The notes below the pieces were generated by a model. The model was not told the origin of the DNA. It did not search any database and saw nothing but the letters and a program-made list of their open reading frames with translations. Positions 43,674 through 55,868 of a DNA stretch of 64,000 nt are shown here, one piece after another. The stretch lies in assembly GCA_012295275.1 (NCBI GenBank), contig CM022669.1, positions 10,106,001 through 10,170,000 on the forward strand. Reading direction: 5' to 3'. The translations under genes and the position numbers were made by a program. This DNA comes from Chrysomallon squamiferum (lineage: Eukaryota; Animalia; Mollusca). Position 1 is the stretch's first letter. Every line of letters begins with the position of its first letter.

Positions 43674-44363
43674 TAAATTATATACTTTTCCAAAAATAGA
43701 TCCACTAGTTTCGATTACAAAAAACGTGTATCGAGCATAACCATAGCATAGCTACGTGAGTATGTTTGAAAAACTGGTTGATTTGACAACTTTACAAATG
43801 ATAAATAAAATTTTATGTGAGATTTTTATATCTGCACAAGTAATAAAACATAAAAATTAATAGACAACAGAAATAAATCACTTCTGTGATAGGGTAAGAC
43901 CTAAACCGCCAAACCGGGCGTTTTGCCAGTACCCGACAAAAATGTATCAGTCAAATTTTTATCAAGACAACGATCAATTATTAATATATAACTGCATCAA
44001 ACATAAAAATAGAGACACATCTGGTTTGATTTGCGCTGTAGACAATAACAGTAAAGAGAACTATGAATTTTACTAAAATTCACCGATAGAAATTCGAGTT
44101 TCTCGTCAGGGACTAAGTGACACAAGTACGCTGTCCTCGACTCGGCAATGAATCACTACACGTTTAGGGAAATATTTACTGGTTTCGGTTTCTTTGTCTC
44201 TTATTATCGCTGACACACTGTCGTTAAAATTCCTAATAACTCTATTTCTATGTTTGTGATTATTTTCCTTCTTTTAAAATACGTATAGCAGTTTAAAAAT
44301 TTACAGTCATTTAACAGTGAAAACTATTCGGAAGTGAGTAACGGGAGTTTATTTTATTACAAC

Positions 44364-44615
44364 ATGGCTTCAGGTAAGAAATATTTCCCGATGTTAAAGT
44401 ATTACAGACATATTCTATAAACACGTTATTACATATTACTGACATCTGAAATTAATTTATTTTAATACAACATGCCTTCCGGGGAAACATTATTTTACAT
44501 TTAACAAATATCTAAACAAATTTAAATGTGAAAGTAACATAAATGTTGTAACATATTACTGAGATCTAAAAATTACAATATTTTTTTACCGATGGCTGCT
44601 GAATATCCAGTTAAA

Positions 44616-44691
<76 letters not shown>

Positions 44692-46701
44692 AGATTATCA
44701 TTGTTACCGAGTGATAAAAAAGGGTCATATAAAAGTGCATGAATCCACTTTCGTGTGTCAAACTAGTCAAATCAACCAACTTTTCCAAAACTGACACAGA
44801 CAGACATTTTGTCACCAAGATCGATGTACACGGAACGATGTTCGTTGTAACCGAAACTAGTCACTGAGAGACGCTGATCTATTTTTGGTAGCATAATTTC
44901 CACTTTCTCTACAGTTGTATTTATAAAATAAAATAAAATAAATAAATAAATAATACTTTACAATAACAATAACAATAACTATAATAATAATGATATAGGT
45001 TTGCAAAAATAGATCGGCTAGTTTCGATTACAAAAGACGTCTTTGCGTGCACATTGGTCATATCAATAGCATGGTTATCCGAGTATGTTCGAAAAACTGG
45101 TTGATTTGACATCTTTACAAATGACTATCATAATTTTATGTGACATTTTAATATCTGCACAAGTACTAAAACACAAAAGAGTAACAAACAATATAGATAA
45201 AACACTTCTGTGAAAGGATAAGACTATATAGCCAAGCATGGATCAGTCAAACTTCTTATCAAGAACAGGGTCAGTTATTAATATATAATTACATCAAACG
45301 TAAAAATAGAGACATATCTGGTTTGATTTCCTATGTAGATGAAAACACTAAAGAGAAGTATGAATTTGATTAAACTCGAGTTTCTCATGTGGGAGATGAA
45401 ATTAAATTTTCATATGGGAGTTAATGTTGTTTCAATGAGTGGCTGCGATATTTAGAGGACGGGGCATTTAGACTATTTCTTCCCTTGAACAAACATTAAG
45501 CGCATATTAAGTTTCTAAACACAGTAAAAATAAATATAGTTTTGTCGTTTCTTCAATTTCAGGTAACTTGGCAAAAGAAATGCGTATTGTACTAACTGGC
45601 ATCACTGGTTCTGGTAAAAGTTCTACGGGAAATTCCATTCTTGGAAGGAACCATTTTGTAACCGGGTCAACAGCCTCCTCTGTTACGAGCGCCTGCCAGA
45701 AAGCTGCTGAATTTCGCTTTGATCGAGATTTGATCGTCGTCGATACACCCGGTATATTTGACACCGGTCGTTCTAAAGAAGAGATCAGCAAAGAAATTAT
45801 CAAGTGTATTGCAATATCAGCGCCAGGACCTCACGCTTTTATCCTCGTTGTGCGGATCGGGCGATTTACGAAAGAAGAGTCTGAAACAGTCAATTATTAC
45901 AGAGATGTTTTTGGTAAAGACATGATTAACTACTTGTTCGTCGTCTTTACTGGCATGGATGACTTAGAGGAATCTGGTACTACACTGGAAGAATATCTAG
46001 AAAATGCTCCCTCAAATTCTGAAGGACCTCATACAAAATTAAACGGAAAATACACTGGGATAAACAATCGAGCGAAACCACAGGATAGAGAGAAGCAGGT
46101 CGAGTATTTGATAAACATGATCAAATCCAATATTGAGATCAACAATGGAAGCCATTACACAACCGAAATGTTATCTGCAGCAGAGCAAGAAATGCGTAAG
46201 CGAGAAGAAGAGATACTGAAAGAAAAAGAGGAAGAGAAGAGAAAAAAAAGAGAAGAAATTGAAAAAAGTATGTGGATTAAACAGCTAGAAATCGAAAAAC
46301 GTTTGAAAGAAGAAAACGAAAAATTGAAACTGGAGCTTCAGAGAGCAGAAGAAGAAAAGCTGAAGAAGACCGAAGAACCAGCTGTAAACAGCTACAGAAA
46401 GGTCACTGAGCAAGAAGACGGAGAAAGAACTAACATCAAAGGCTTGATCGAATACGAAAATAAAGATATTATAATGCTGAAAGAGAGATTGGCTCGTCTT
46501 GAACTAGAGAAAAGGGAAAATGAAGTAGCGATGTCGGAGAAAATAGCGAGATTGGAGATGAAAATCGCCAGGGAAGCCAGGGAACAGGCCAGAGATGAAG
46601 CTGAGAAGGGATTGCCAAAAATCGTAGTAAAGATGTGGAATGTGGTAAAAGAGTTTATTCCAAAGCCAGTGTTAGGAATACTGAATCTGTTTGGGAATTA
46701 G
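44364..46701 (+). CDS. GIMAP: GIMAP/AIG1-type GTPase copy 2 (382 aa): proximal exon1 44364-44373, exon2 45563-46701
   Basis: Same G1-G5 motifs as copy 1 and highly similar throughout; acceptor tttcag at 45557-45562; ISRE-like motif at 44181-44192. Confidence 0.95.
44700..45190. mobile_element. Foldback/MITE-like element with long imperfect inverted arms (also in the units near 40900-41360 and 42220-42690, partial near 43530-43860)
   Basis: Left arm gtcatataaaa / gtcaaatcaacc / ttgtaaccgaaactag / gatctatttttg mirrors right arm caaaaatagatc / ctagtttcgattacaa / ggttgatttgac / ttttatgtgac; absent from the short GIMAP-1 intron. Confidence 0.7.
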
Positions 46702-47514
46702 CCATTCTATATGGTTTTTTGTTTTGTTGTCTGTTTGTTTCTAATATTACCTTAGAACCTTTTCTTTGTTTCATATAAAACTAAATTTAGAAATCATGAT
46801 ATATTTTATCTTTTATCTAGGTTTAAATCGATGTTACCGCATTTGCCAGGTTTATTTTGTTATTTTTTTGTTGTTTTCTTTCTTTCTCTCTTTCTTTTTT
46901 TTTTTTTCGTGCTTTTTTAGTTAAAGTAAATTAATTAATGTTGTTTTGAGAAAGATTTTTGTAAAGAGAAAAGTAGATCTTGAATATATCGAAATGTAAA
47001 ATGTTTGTGTCAGACTGAAGCGATCTTCAAAAATGGTTGCCAAAATTTATTGGAATACATATAGTATAACAGGCGCATGTATATCCAAATTAATTTAAAC
47101 AAAAAACAAAATATCATTAACGAGACGATTCAAACAGTTTCAGAGAGAAAACATTTAATTTTATGAGCATAATGGTGGAATATTTGAAAATGGCCTTAAA
47201 TTGTTTGTATCTTTATTTTTTATTATTATTTTTTATTAAACTAACACCATACCTGATTTTAAACTGAAAATGGATTTTCACATACCACAGAAATAGTGAA
47301 AATTATGTACCACATGGTCAGTGCTGTAAACCTTTTTAAATTTTATCTTTTTATTTATTTAATTATTTTCTTTTAAATCTGAAACAGCTAGACATCAAAT
47401 GAACTGTTTTGATTTCCGTAAGAGATCTACTTTAAACCTTTTGATATGAAAACTATAATCGATGTAACCAACGAAACATTTTATAAATTACAATTGTTTT
47501 TGTATCTTATATAT

Positions 47515-48050
47515 TTGTAAATGACAGTTACTGCATTAGTCAGTATAAAAGATAGTTAATTAATCAATATGGTTAGGAAAATGATTTTTCTGTAGAGAAC
47601 AAAAACATTATTATTTGTATAACAAACTATGAGAAATTTGCCGCACTGTACTAATACAATAATCATTCCTACGATGTATTAAAACAGTTAATATGTGCAA
47701 ATATATATTAATAAATGACAGCTATTGCATTAATCTGCTATTCATAAACAAAACAATAATTAATTAGTATTGTTGGGAAAATGATTTTTCTGGAGAGAAG
47801 AAAGGCATTATTATTTGTATGACAAAATATCAGAAATTTACTGTAGTAATAAAATTGTATTTCATGCGATGTGTTAATATATATTAGTAAATGACGGCTA
47901 TTACAGTAATCTGTTATCCATAGACCAAAAGTAGTCAATTAGTATTGTTAGGAAAATTATGTTTCTGTAGAGAAGAGTAGTATTATTGTGTGACACGATA
48001 TAAGAGATTTTCAGTACTGTACTAATAAAATAACTTGTGATATTGTGTAT
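47515..48050. repeat. Three ~180-bp degenerate tandem repeats in the GIMAP-2 3' flank (related copies near 39275 and 39890)
   Basis: taaatgacagttactgcattagtc...ttaggaaaatgatttttctg.agagaa recurs near 47518, 47712 and 47888. Confidence 0.7.
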
Positions 48051-49785
48051 ATACCTTGTATTTTTTGTGTGATAAAATGTTTGTAGATAAAAGGTAGCAT
48101 GTGCTTTTCAGAAAATAAATAATAAGTAAAGCATTGCCTATACAGCGATAAACAAACACAAACAAAATCTTTTGATTGGAATAGTATTTTGTTTGTTCCA
48201 AGAACTTGTAACTTGATAAGATGTCTGGAAATTACACCATATACTTTTAATGTGGACACATTTTTAAAGATATAAGATTGCCGGGGGTATTCATAAAATA
48301 AATAAATAAATAAATAAAGGACAGGATACAGAGCGAAATACAAACATATATTATGTCTTTGAGACGATTTTCGTTGTTTGTTGTTGATTTTTGTTGTTTC
48401 TTTTGTTGTAGTTTTTTGTTTTTGTTTTGTATTTGTTGTTGTTGTATGTTATTCTTGAGTTTATTCAAGGGCGATAAGTATTCGTCGGTTCCAGTCAGGC
48501 GACCGATTATTTACAGTACTCTTCTGTGCTGAAAGTCTTATCCTTGTTGAAATGAAATTGCACAGGTATCCCTGACGCAGATTAATTTTCTTCTCTCACT
48601 TCGTTGGATATCTGCTACAGAACACCTGTTTCGGTATTACTTTATTTTATAATATTAGCAATGCTAACGCATTTAAATATGTATATATATATATATATCT
48701 ATTGTGAAATAATTTTTTTTTTTATATTAACGGAAAGACAAAAATTTTAATAAAAATAACTAATAAAGAAAAACAATAACAAAAAAGAAAACAGTGTGAA
48801 GATATTTAAAAAAAAAATGACAAAGATACAGTATTTCAAAGTAGTCAAAAGTAGGAAAGTTTTTTTTTTTTTTTTTATTTTTTTTTAAAGTATTAAATCA
48901 CAAAACATATTTTTTCAAGAGATATCTAGAATATGCATGTTTTATTCAATAAAGAGTTCTCTTTATAAAGATTTTAATACAGATAGATTTACTGAATTAA
49001 ATATGTTCTTAGGCTGTTTCAACCGATATGTAAATGTGAAGTCCTTCGTGGATCAGACACTATCGCTTCATTTTAAATGGCTATTAAACAATAAATACGT
49101 GGCATTATTTGACAAACAGAAGACAGAATGTGAAAGAAATTTAATAATCTATTAAAGCCTAATCGATCGTTTTCGTTTTATACGATTTTTTCCCTAACAT
49201 TTTCCTATTTCCTTGTTTTGCTTTATTTTCAGATTTTTATGTTTAAGAAATTCCCCCCACTTAAACAAACTAATATTTTATCTCATTCTGGTTTTAAACT
49301 TATAGTCAATTAGCATGACATATTGAGGAAATTCTCCATTTCTGATAAAAAGTGGTAGCTAATAACATAATTAATTGTTGTCCTGGGTATATCTAAATTC
49401 CTGGCCAACTCGCACGTATTTTTCATTTAACAGGATGTTGCTGTAATTTTATATATATATATTCACTATATACTTTTTGTTTATTTATTCATTTTTTATG
49501 TACATAAATGTTTGCAGCAAAAAAGTAAATTCTTACACGAATAATTATATTTTGATTTATTTGTTTTTCTTTACAAACAGATATCACCATTCGGGTATTT
49601 TGGTTTACCCACACCGCCTACATTATTAAAAATGAAGAACGTGTAACATTTGTTACAAGTACGACTACAAGATTCAAAAACGAAAAAAATAAACAACACC
49701 GTGTATATAAAGAGCTGGAGGTATTCACTTGAAATATTGGCCAATAACGGGGCAAAATCCATATCTTTCAGCAAGTTTCAAAATG

Positions 49786-49816
<31 letters not shown>

Positions 49817-51088
49817 GTAATCATTGCTTAGAGTCCACCCATTTCAGTTCTTTAAGTTATGGTGGGAATTGTTTTTAATGTGTATTTTACATGTAGAATT
49901 GTGGTGTGCAAGCGGAAGACCACAGTATTCCTGGTCTGAAGGTATGATAGCAAAGTACAGAAGACCATAGACATTTTCCAGTTAGAAATTGCATTAGTAA
50001 ACAATAAAGTTGCTCTGAATTCTTTGTTCAAATGAAAGTTCAGCTACATGAATTTAACGTGACAATGTATCAAACATGTGTACACAACGAATGAAATTCG
50101 TCATATTTTTTGTTTTTGACCTGGCCTGACTGGATGTTATAATAATTATATAATACACGTCGGAAAAAATATATAATCAAGTTAAAACGTGTCTGCCGTG
50201 TGACCACTTCTCATACATTTTTAAATTGTTCTGACCACTGCCAAAAGTGCCAATAACGGATGCAGACGAATTTATAGAGAGAGCCTCATTTTAGAAATTT
50301 GCTAGAGACAGTTCCTTGACGTTACGAGTATGTTATATATTTTGTGTAGAATGAAAAGATAAAGTTTTGGCTCTAACAAATTTCAAGACTGATAAATTAT
50401 ATTAGCACATACAAACACAAACGCACGTACACACACACACACACATATATTATTATTATATGAACAAAACTGTTGAGAACTACATAATAAGAACACTCAG
50501 CTCGGACCTGTGGCTAATGTTCTTCTTTATTACATATTAAATAGCAAGAACACTGCACCTTCACTCTAAACTCCATGCACTCTGAAACAGATATTTGTAA
50601 AAACAAACAAAATAAAACAAATTTGTCAATGTACGAGCATAAATCCAAGCATGCCTAATAAATAACTGCAAGTGACAAAACATTTCTGTAAATTAAAACA
50701 GTATATGTTCTCTCTCTTTCTGTGTGTTAATATGTATTATTATAAAAAAAGAATACATGTATTATATTTTTATTTTTATTGAAAACTTTAATGTTAATAC
50801 ATTTTTTAATTACTGTAATCCTAATAAACAAACAATTTTGATCTGTCTGGTATCATAATTGTTTAAGAGCCAAACGCTCTCGAGAGAATCCTGGAACGTA
50901 TTGACGAATCATGTTTGTCATGATTCCGAGAATGGAGAATCCTTCTTTTTCTGCTTCATTTCTTACCAAATATCTGACCGTTTCCAAGATGATTACCGAC
51001 AGATCTTCTATGATATCGATTATTATTCTAATTTTTTTTTTTCACAAATTAATCCTTTCATTGTCTAATTAAAAAGCTATCAGGAAAA

Positions 51089-51306
51089 TCAGCAATGTTT
51101 TCCCCTACTTCCAAGCTCCTTTATGAGTTCAATTATTTTTGTCTTAAATGGATATTTGCCACTGAAGTCAAAATAGAGTTTATCCTGTACGATAATTCCC
51201 AGCCAACCATCAGCATTGAAACCGGCCTCCATCAGAAGTGGTATAATGTCTTTCTTTTTTGTTGCTGCATATTTAGCTTCTGTTTATTGTTTTAAAAAAT
51301 GAAAGA

Positions 51307-51341
<35 letters not shown>

Positions 51342-54092
51342 ATTAAAAAATATTAAAAAGTCATAAGTGTAACCATAAAACCTGCTATTATTATTATTAT
51401 TGTAAAGGGTTTTATTTATTTATTTATTTCATAAATAGAATTGTTCAAAAAGTGGAAATAAAACTTGTTGTTGTTGTTGTTGTTGTTGTTGTTTGTTGTT
51501 GTTGTTGTTGTTGTTACATTAATTATTATTATTACTACCACTACTACCACTGCTGCAGGTTCTACCATTCCCATAGTTACTACTGCTGCTATCACTACTG
51601 CTACCACTACTCCTACCACCACTACTACTATCAGGTTTGCAGAATTATGGACAGATTATTATTTGTTTTCATGGATGACACTTAAAAAGATAATCTTAAA
51701 TTCTGAGTGAATAAATTTGTTACTTGAAGATTCTTATGTGTCATCATTTGTACTCTCATAACATTGTGGGTCACATGGAGAAAAGCACATGAAAGATAAA
51801 TAATTTATAAAGAAGGTGAAGGAGCACTTGCCAAGCAACTTGTTTCCAAATGTATATTTCACAAATATAGAGTTAAAAGAAAAGAAAAGAAAATGGCAAA
51901 TCTTCCTACTGATGAATCACCATTAACTAGAGTGGGTGTAGATTATTTTGTATCTTTTATGATAAAACAAGGATACAATGTAGTAATGCACTTTGTTGAT
52001 ATATTTATGTTTAGCTATTCATGAGGCCTGCAAAAGAATATTCAGTAGATTTTTAATCGTTATGAATGCCAGCATGAAATTTTGCATATGGATTACTTCA
52101 ACAATAAGTAATACGGTTTGACCATGGAGATTTTCTCTGGGATTATTTTAAGCAATGCACAGTTATGTGAAAAAACAATAGAGATAACATCAGCATCTTG
52201 CAGATTTATTCTGGAAACAATGTTCTAGAGCAGTGGTGCCCAATATATCGATCACGATCGACCGGTCGATCGCAGAGAAAGTGAGGGTAGATCGCATGAC
52301 ACTAAAAAATAGCCTATCATCCATCCTACAGCCAGACTGAGGAGATCACATCTCATCTCGCGGGATCACGGCGCAACACACTGGGTCATTGCCCATGCGC
52401 GGTCCAATGTAATCTCCGGCTATACAGTTAGCGGTTACCAACTTATTTCTACAAAAGAAAGGTCTGAAAATGAATGGGGGAGCTGGACCAAGTAAGAAAC
52501 CAAAACATGTAGAATACAACCAACTAAATGACGATCGGTGTAGACTTGGCATTTTTAACTGATCTCACCAACATGTTGAATGAGCTTAATTTAGAGCTGC
52601 AAGGAAAAGACGAAACCGTCGTCAAAATGATCACCTCAGTTAAAGTTTTTAAACGAAAAATGAAACATCTCTCCTCAAAGCTGTAGCGCCATGATTTGGG
52701 AAGAATTCAGAATCCCGCGTCAGAGCTGGCGACACAACAGAAGCCATGGGTGCAACTTGACCGTGAGCGCTACAAAAAGCAGACTGACAATTGTCTGTCA
52801 AAGTTTGACAGACGCTTTCAAGACTTTGCTTTACTTGAGCGAGTTGTTACATTTATGTGCAATCCATTTCAGGAAGATATTGACGTTGACTCACTCTCAT
52901 CAAAAATTACAACGCTGTATCATCTGAATTCGTATGGAGTGGAGGATGAGATTTTGACATTACAGGCTGATATTGAGCTGAAGTCCAGGGCTCACGAACT
53001 GTTCTACCCAGACCTGAGGAAATGTGATACCTTCTTGACTGCATTATTTGGCTGAACTTATTTATGTGAGTCAGACTTTTCCCACATGAAGATTATTAAG
53101 TCAAAATACCGTTCTACCATGACTGATGAACATTTGGAAGTCTGTTTGAGGATGGCTATCAGCAGCTACTGTCCGGACTATGCAACCCTGACTGATTCCT
53201 TACAGTGCAAGTCATCAGAATAAGGTGATGGCCACAAATGTACAGACTTGTATTGTGCCAAACAGGTTCATGCTATTAGTCAAGGTACAACAACATATAT
53301 TGTAAATATAAGGTATACTTACTATAAATAAATAAAATAAATAAATAAATGTTTTGCGTTTTAATTGTAGGTAGATCATTTCGACTTCGTCATTTAAAAA
53401 GTAGCTCGCAAGCCAAAAAAGTGTGAGCACTAATGTTCTAGAGAATATCTTTTATCACAACAAGAGAGACATATATGGTTTTATTTTCACAAACATATAC
53501 GTCTGATGTTATGTCCCGTTAGTTACCACCACTACTACTAAAATTACTACTACTAATACAACTGCTGCCACCACTACTATCCCACAACCATTACTGTTAC
53601 TACTGCTGCTACTACTACTAACCGTTACTACAATTATCACTTTTCCTGTAACCACTTGACATACAGACAAGGACAACAGCAGCCTTCTCAACAGCGCCTG
53701 CCATTGCATCAAAAGTGGATCCTTTCATGTTGTCCACATCCATCCACACATGATAATTAGCTTTCTTCAGAGCTTCTTTTATCTGAGATGCAAACAAGAC
53801 CACATAACTTTTATTACAAAATAATAAATTTTAACATTTTGTGTTATACAAGTTTCCATCAATATAAATAATCTTTAAACTGAAAACTGATATGCTATAC
53901 ATTCTAATATTTTATTTTGACAGGAAAATTAAATATTTTTAAATATCATTTATAAAGCAGACTACTTATGAAAAAATAACTTTTTGTAAAGAATAGATAC
54001 ATTTTATTTAGTAAGTTGAAGTAAATAAACAAATTAATTTCAAAAAAGCAATACAGAATTGAATGTGTTAATAAACATACATATATAAATAG

Positions 54093-54145
<53 letters not shown>

Positions 54146-55868
54146 CTTGAATATAAATATATTCTTTTTCAGGGTACATTTAAATGATTAAAAACAAATA
54201 TATATATAAAAACACATACATATATTCAAGCATCTATCTATCTATCTGTCTATCTATATATATATATATTTACAGGTATGACTTTCTTTTGATCAGCCCA
54301 TGAATAGCTTATCATAATGTGCCCTGTGGATTCCTTTTCTGGGGTAACATTCATTTTCTGAGCATCTGGAAAAAATATTAACAGTCATATGTAATTTACT
54401 AATACAAATATTTTGCAATTACTATCAGTACTTCTTTATATTAGCTTCCATACTTATTATTATTAATTTTATTGTTGTTGTTGTTGTTGATGCTATTATT
54501 ATTATTATTACAAAAAAATATTTAAAAAAATCTTTGTTTATTTTTGTATTACTTCTGCTATTACTGTTGCTACCACAACTATTACTACTACTATATCTGC
54601 TACTTCTAGTTCTACCTCTACTACTACTTAAATTTTTACTGTTAATACTATTGCCACTACTACTATTACTACAGCTTCTACCATTATCATTACTTCTACT
54701 AATATTATTAATACTACTTGTTTTAGTACTACTGTTAGAACCATTACTACTGCAATAACCACAAGTAACTATCAACAGTATAACAAATATTGTTACTACT
54801 ACTGCTACTATAATTATTACTACTACTACTTTTACTTATAAGATACAGGTCATATACTGCTCCTAAGACAACAAATACAATTACTATTATATACTATTAA
54901 ATAACTTACCAGTGCCATGCAATTTCGTGGATAACTCACCACTTTCGGTGTCAGATTCATCTGATGAAAAATTAGCCCAGGAACGTGCTATATATATATA
55001 TATACAAAAATATATAAACTTCATAAGTTTCATAACTGATCTACCCTTGTATAAGTATTAAAAAAAATACAAATAAAATATAATAAAATAATATAAAGTA
55101 TTTCTAAAAAATAAGAAAATAATAAGGAAAAAGAAAAATGAAACAAAAATAATATATAATACAGTATTTTGCTCAATTGTTTTTGATTCCATTATTCAAA
55201 TTATTTATTACAGATCAACAGAAATTATTTAGCTTGTTCAATCAGCCCAGCATTAGTTACAACAGAAGCTCCCGTAGATTTGATATATCCTGTAAAACCA
55301 CCTGCTGATCACTTACATAGTGCTGAAGCTGTGGTCTTCTTATTTACACAGAAAATATGTTCCAACAGATTTGAAGTATTTACCATAGACATGCTGTTTA
55401 ATTATTTCCAGATTCATCCCTTCTTTAAAATTTCATTTTAAACCCCAAAATTGGATGGTATTTTGTCCTTTTTCTCTCAAAACAATAAAATACAGTGAAA
55501 GTACTAATCATAATCTGATTTTTATAATTCAAACAAGTTTATTCAGAATGAATAGACCTATATAAAGAGGGATTACCAGACATGTTTTAAACCTTGGGTA
55601 GGTTGACTGTTTATGGGGTCAGCTCACTCGCAGGACAACACGCTGTTCACTTCACCAAATTATTCTGATAACCATTTGTATGCCATGTGACCTGAACTCT
55701 GATTTTAGTTGTAATCAGTTGATCACAGAGACAGGTGTGCCATTCTCAGATTTAATATACAGTGCCACAGAATTAAGGGAGACCATGACAGGTTGAACAA
55801 TGGGGCAGGTCAGGCCATTTAACAATTAACCTTGTAGAAATTAGTGTCTTACCATTTTTTGTATCCAT
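51089..55868 (-). CDS. TIR-only protein (TIR_2/SARM1-like class), 178 aa, 5 exons: 55868-55853, 54987-54910, 54365-54274, 53782-53623, 51279-51089
   Basis: Spliced ORF of 537 nt with GT-AG phase-matched introns: MDTKN-ARSWANFSSDESDTESGELSTKLHGT-DAQKMNVTPEKESTGHIMISYSWADQKKVIP-IKEALKKANYHVWMDVDNMKGSTFDAMAGAVEKAAVVLVCMSSGYRKSDNCSN-EAKYAATKKKDIIPLLMEAGFNADGWLGIIVQDKLYFDFSGKYPFKTKIIELIKELGSRGKHC*. The IMISY, VWMD, S.NC..E, IIPL and DGWLG motifs are typical of invertebrate TIR_2 domains. Exon 2 boundaries are the least certain. Confidence 0.9.
51635..52230 (+). mobile_element. Degenerate BEL/Pao LTR-retrotransposon integrase remnant in TIR-gene intron 4
   Basis: HNIVGHM, KMANLPTD..PLTRVGVDYF and QHLADLFWKQCSREYL (the last motif is split by the hAT insertion). 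Confidence 0.75.
52231..53435 (+). mobile_element. Internally deleted hAT (Buster/Charlie, GTF2IRD2/SPIN-like) DNA transposon, 1,205 bp
   Basis: 8-bp TSD TTCTAGAG at 52223-52230 and 53436-53443; imperfect TIRs CAGTGGTGCCCA / TGAGCACTAATG; transposase N-terminus MNGGAGPSKKPK joined to C-terminal LAFLTDLTNMLNELNLELQGK...FG*TYLCESDFSHMKIIKSKYRSTMTDEHLEVCLR (hATC), with stop codons. Confidence 0.93.

Larger units (their letters stand above)
40560..45400 (+). repeat. Tandem array of four ~1.2-1.3 kb units, each promoter + GIMAP exon 1 + proximal intron with (CT)n and a foldback element
   Basis: Exon-1 donors CTTCAG|GTAAG at 40600, 41890, 43196 and 44373; shared blocks (CT)n, gatcgatgtacacgg, gggcgttttgccagt and agtacgctgtc repeat across units (not every block in every unit). 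Confidence 0.93.

Noticed and set aside
40560-45400. Regularly spaced repeats as a CRISPR-like array or LTR pair
   Set aside because: Units are 1.2-1.3 kb whole-segment duplications of a eukaryotic promoter/exon, with no unique spacers, no cas genes and no LTR termini or PBS
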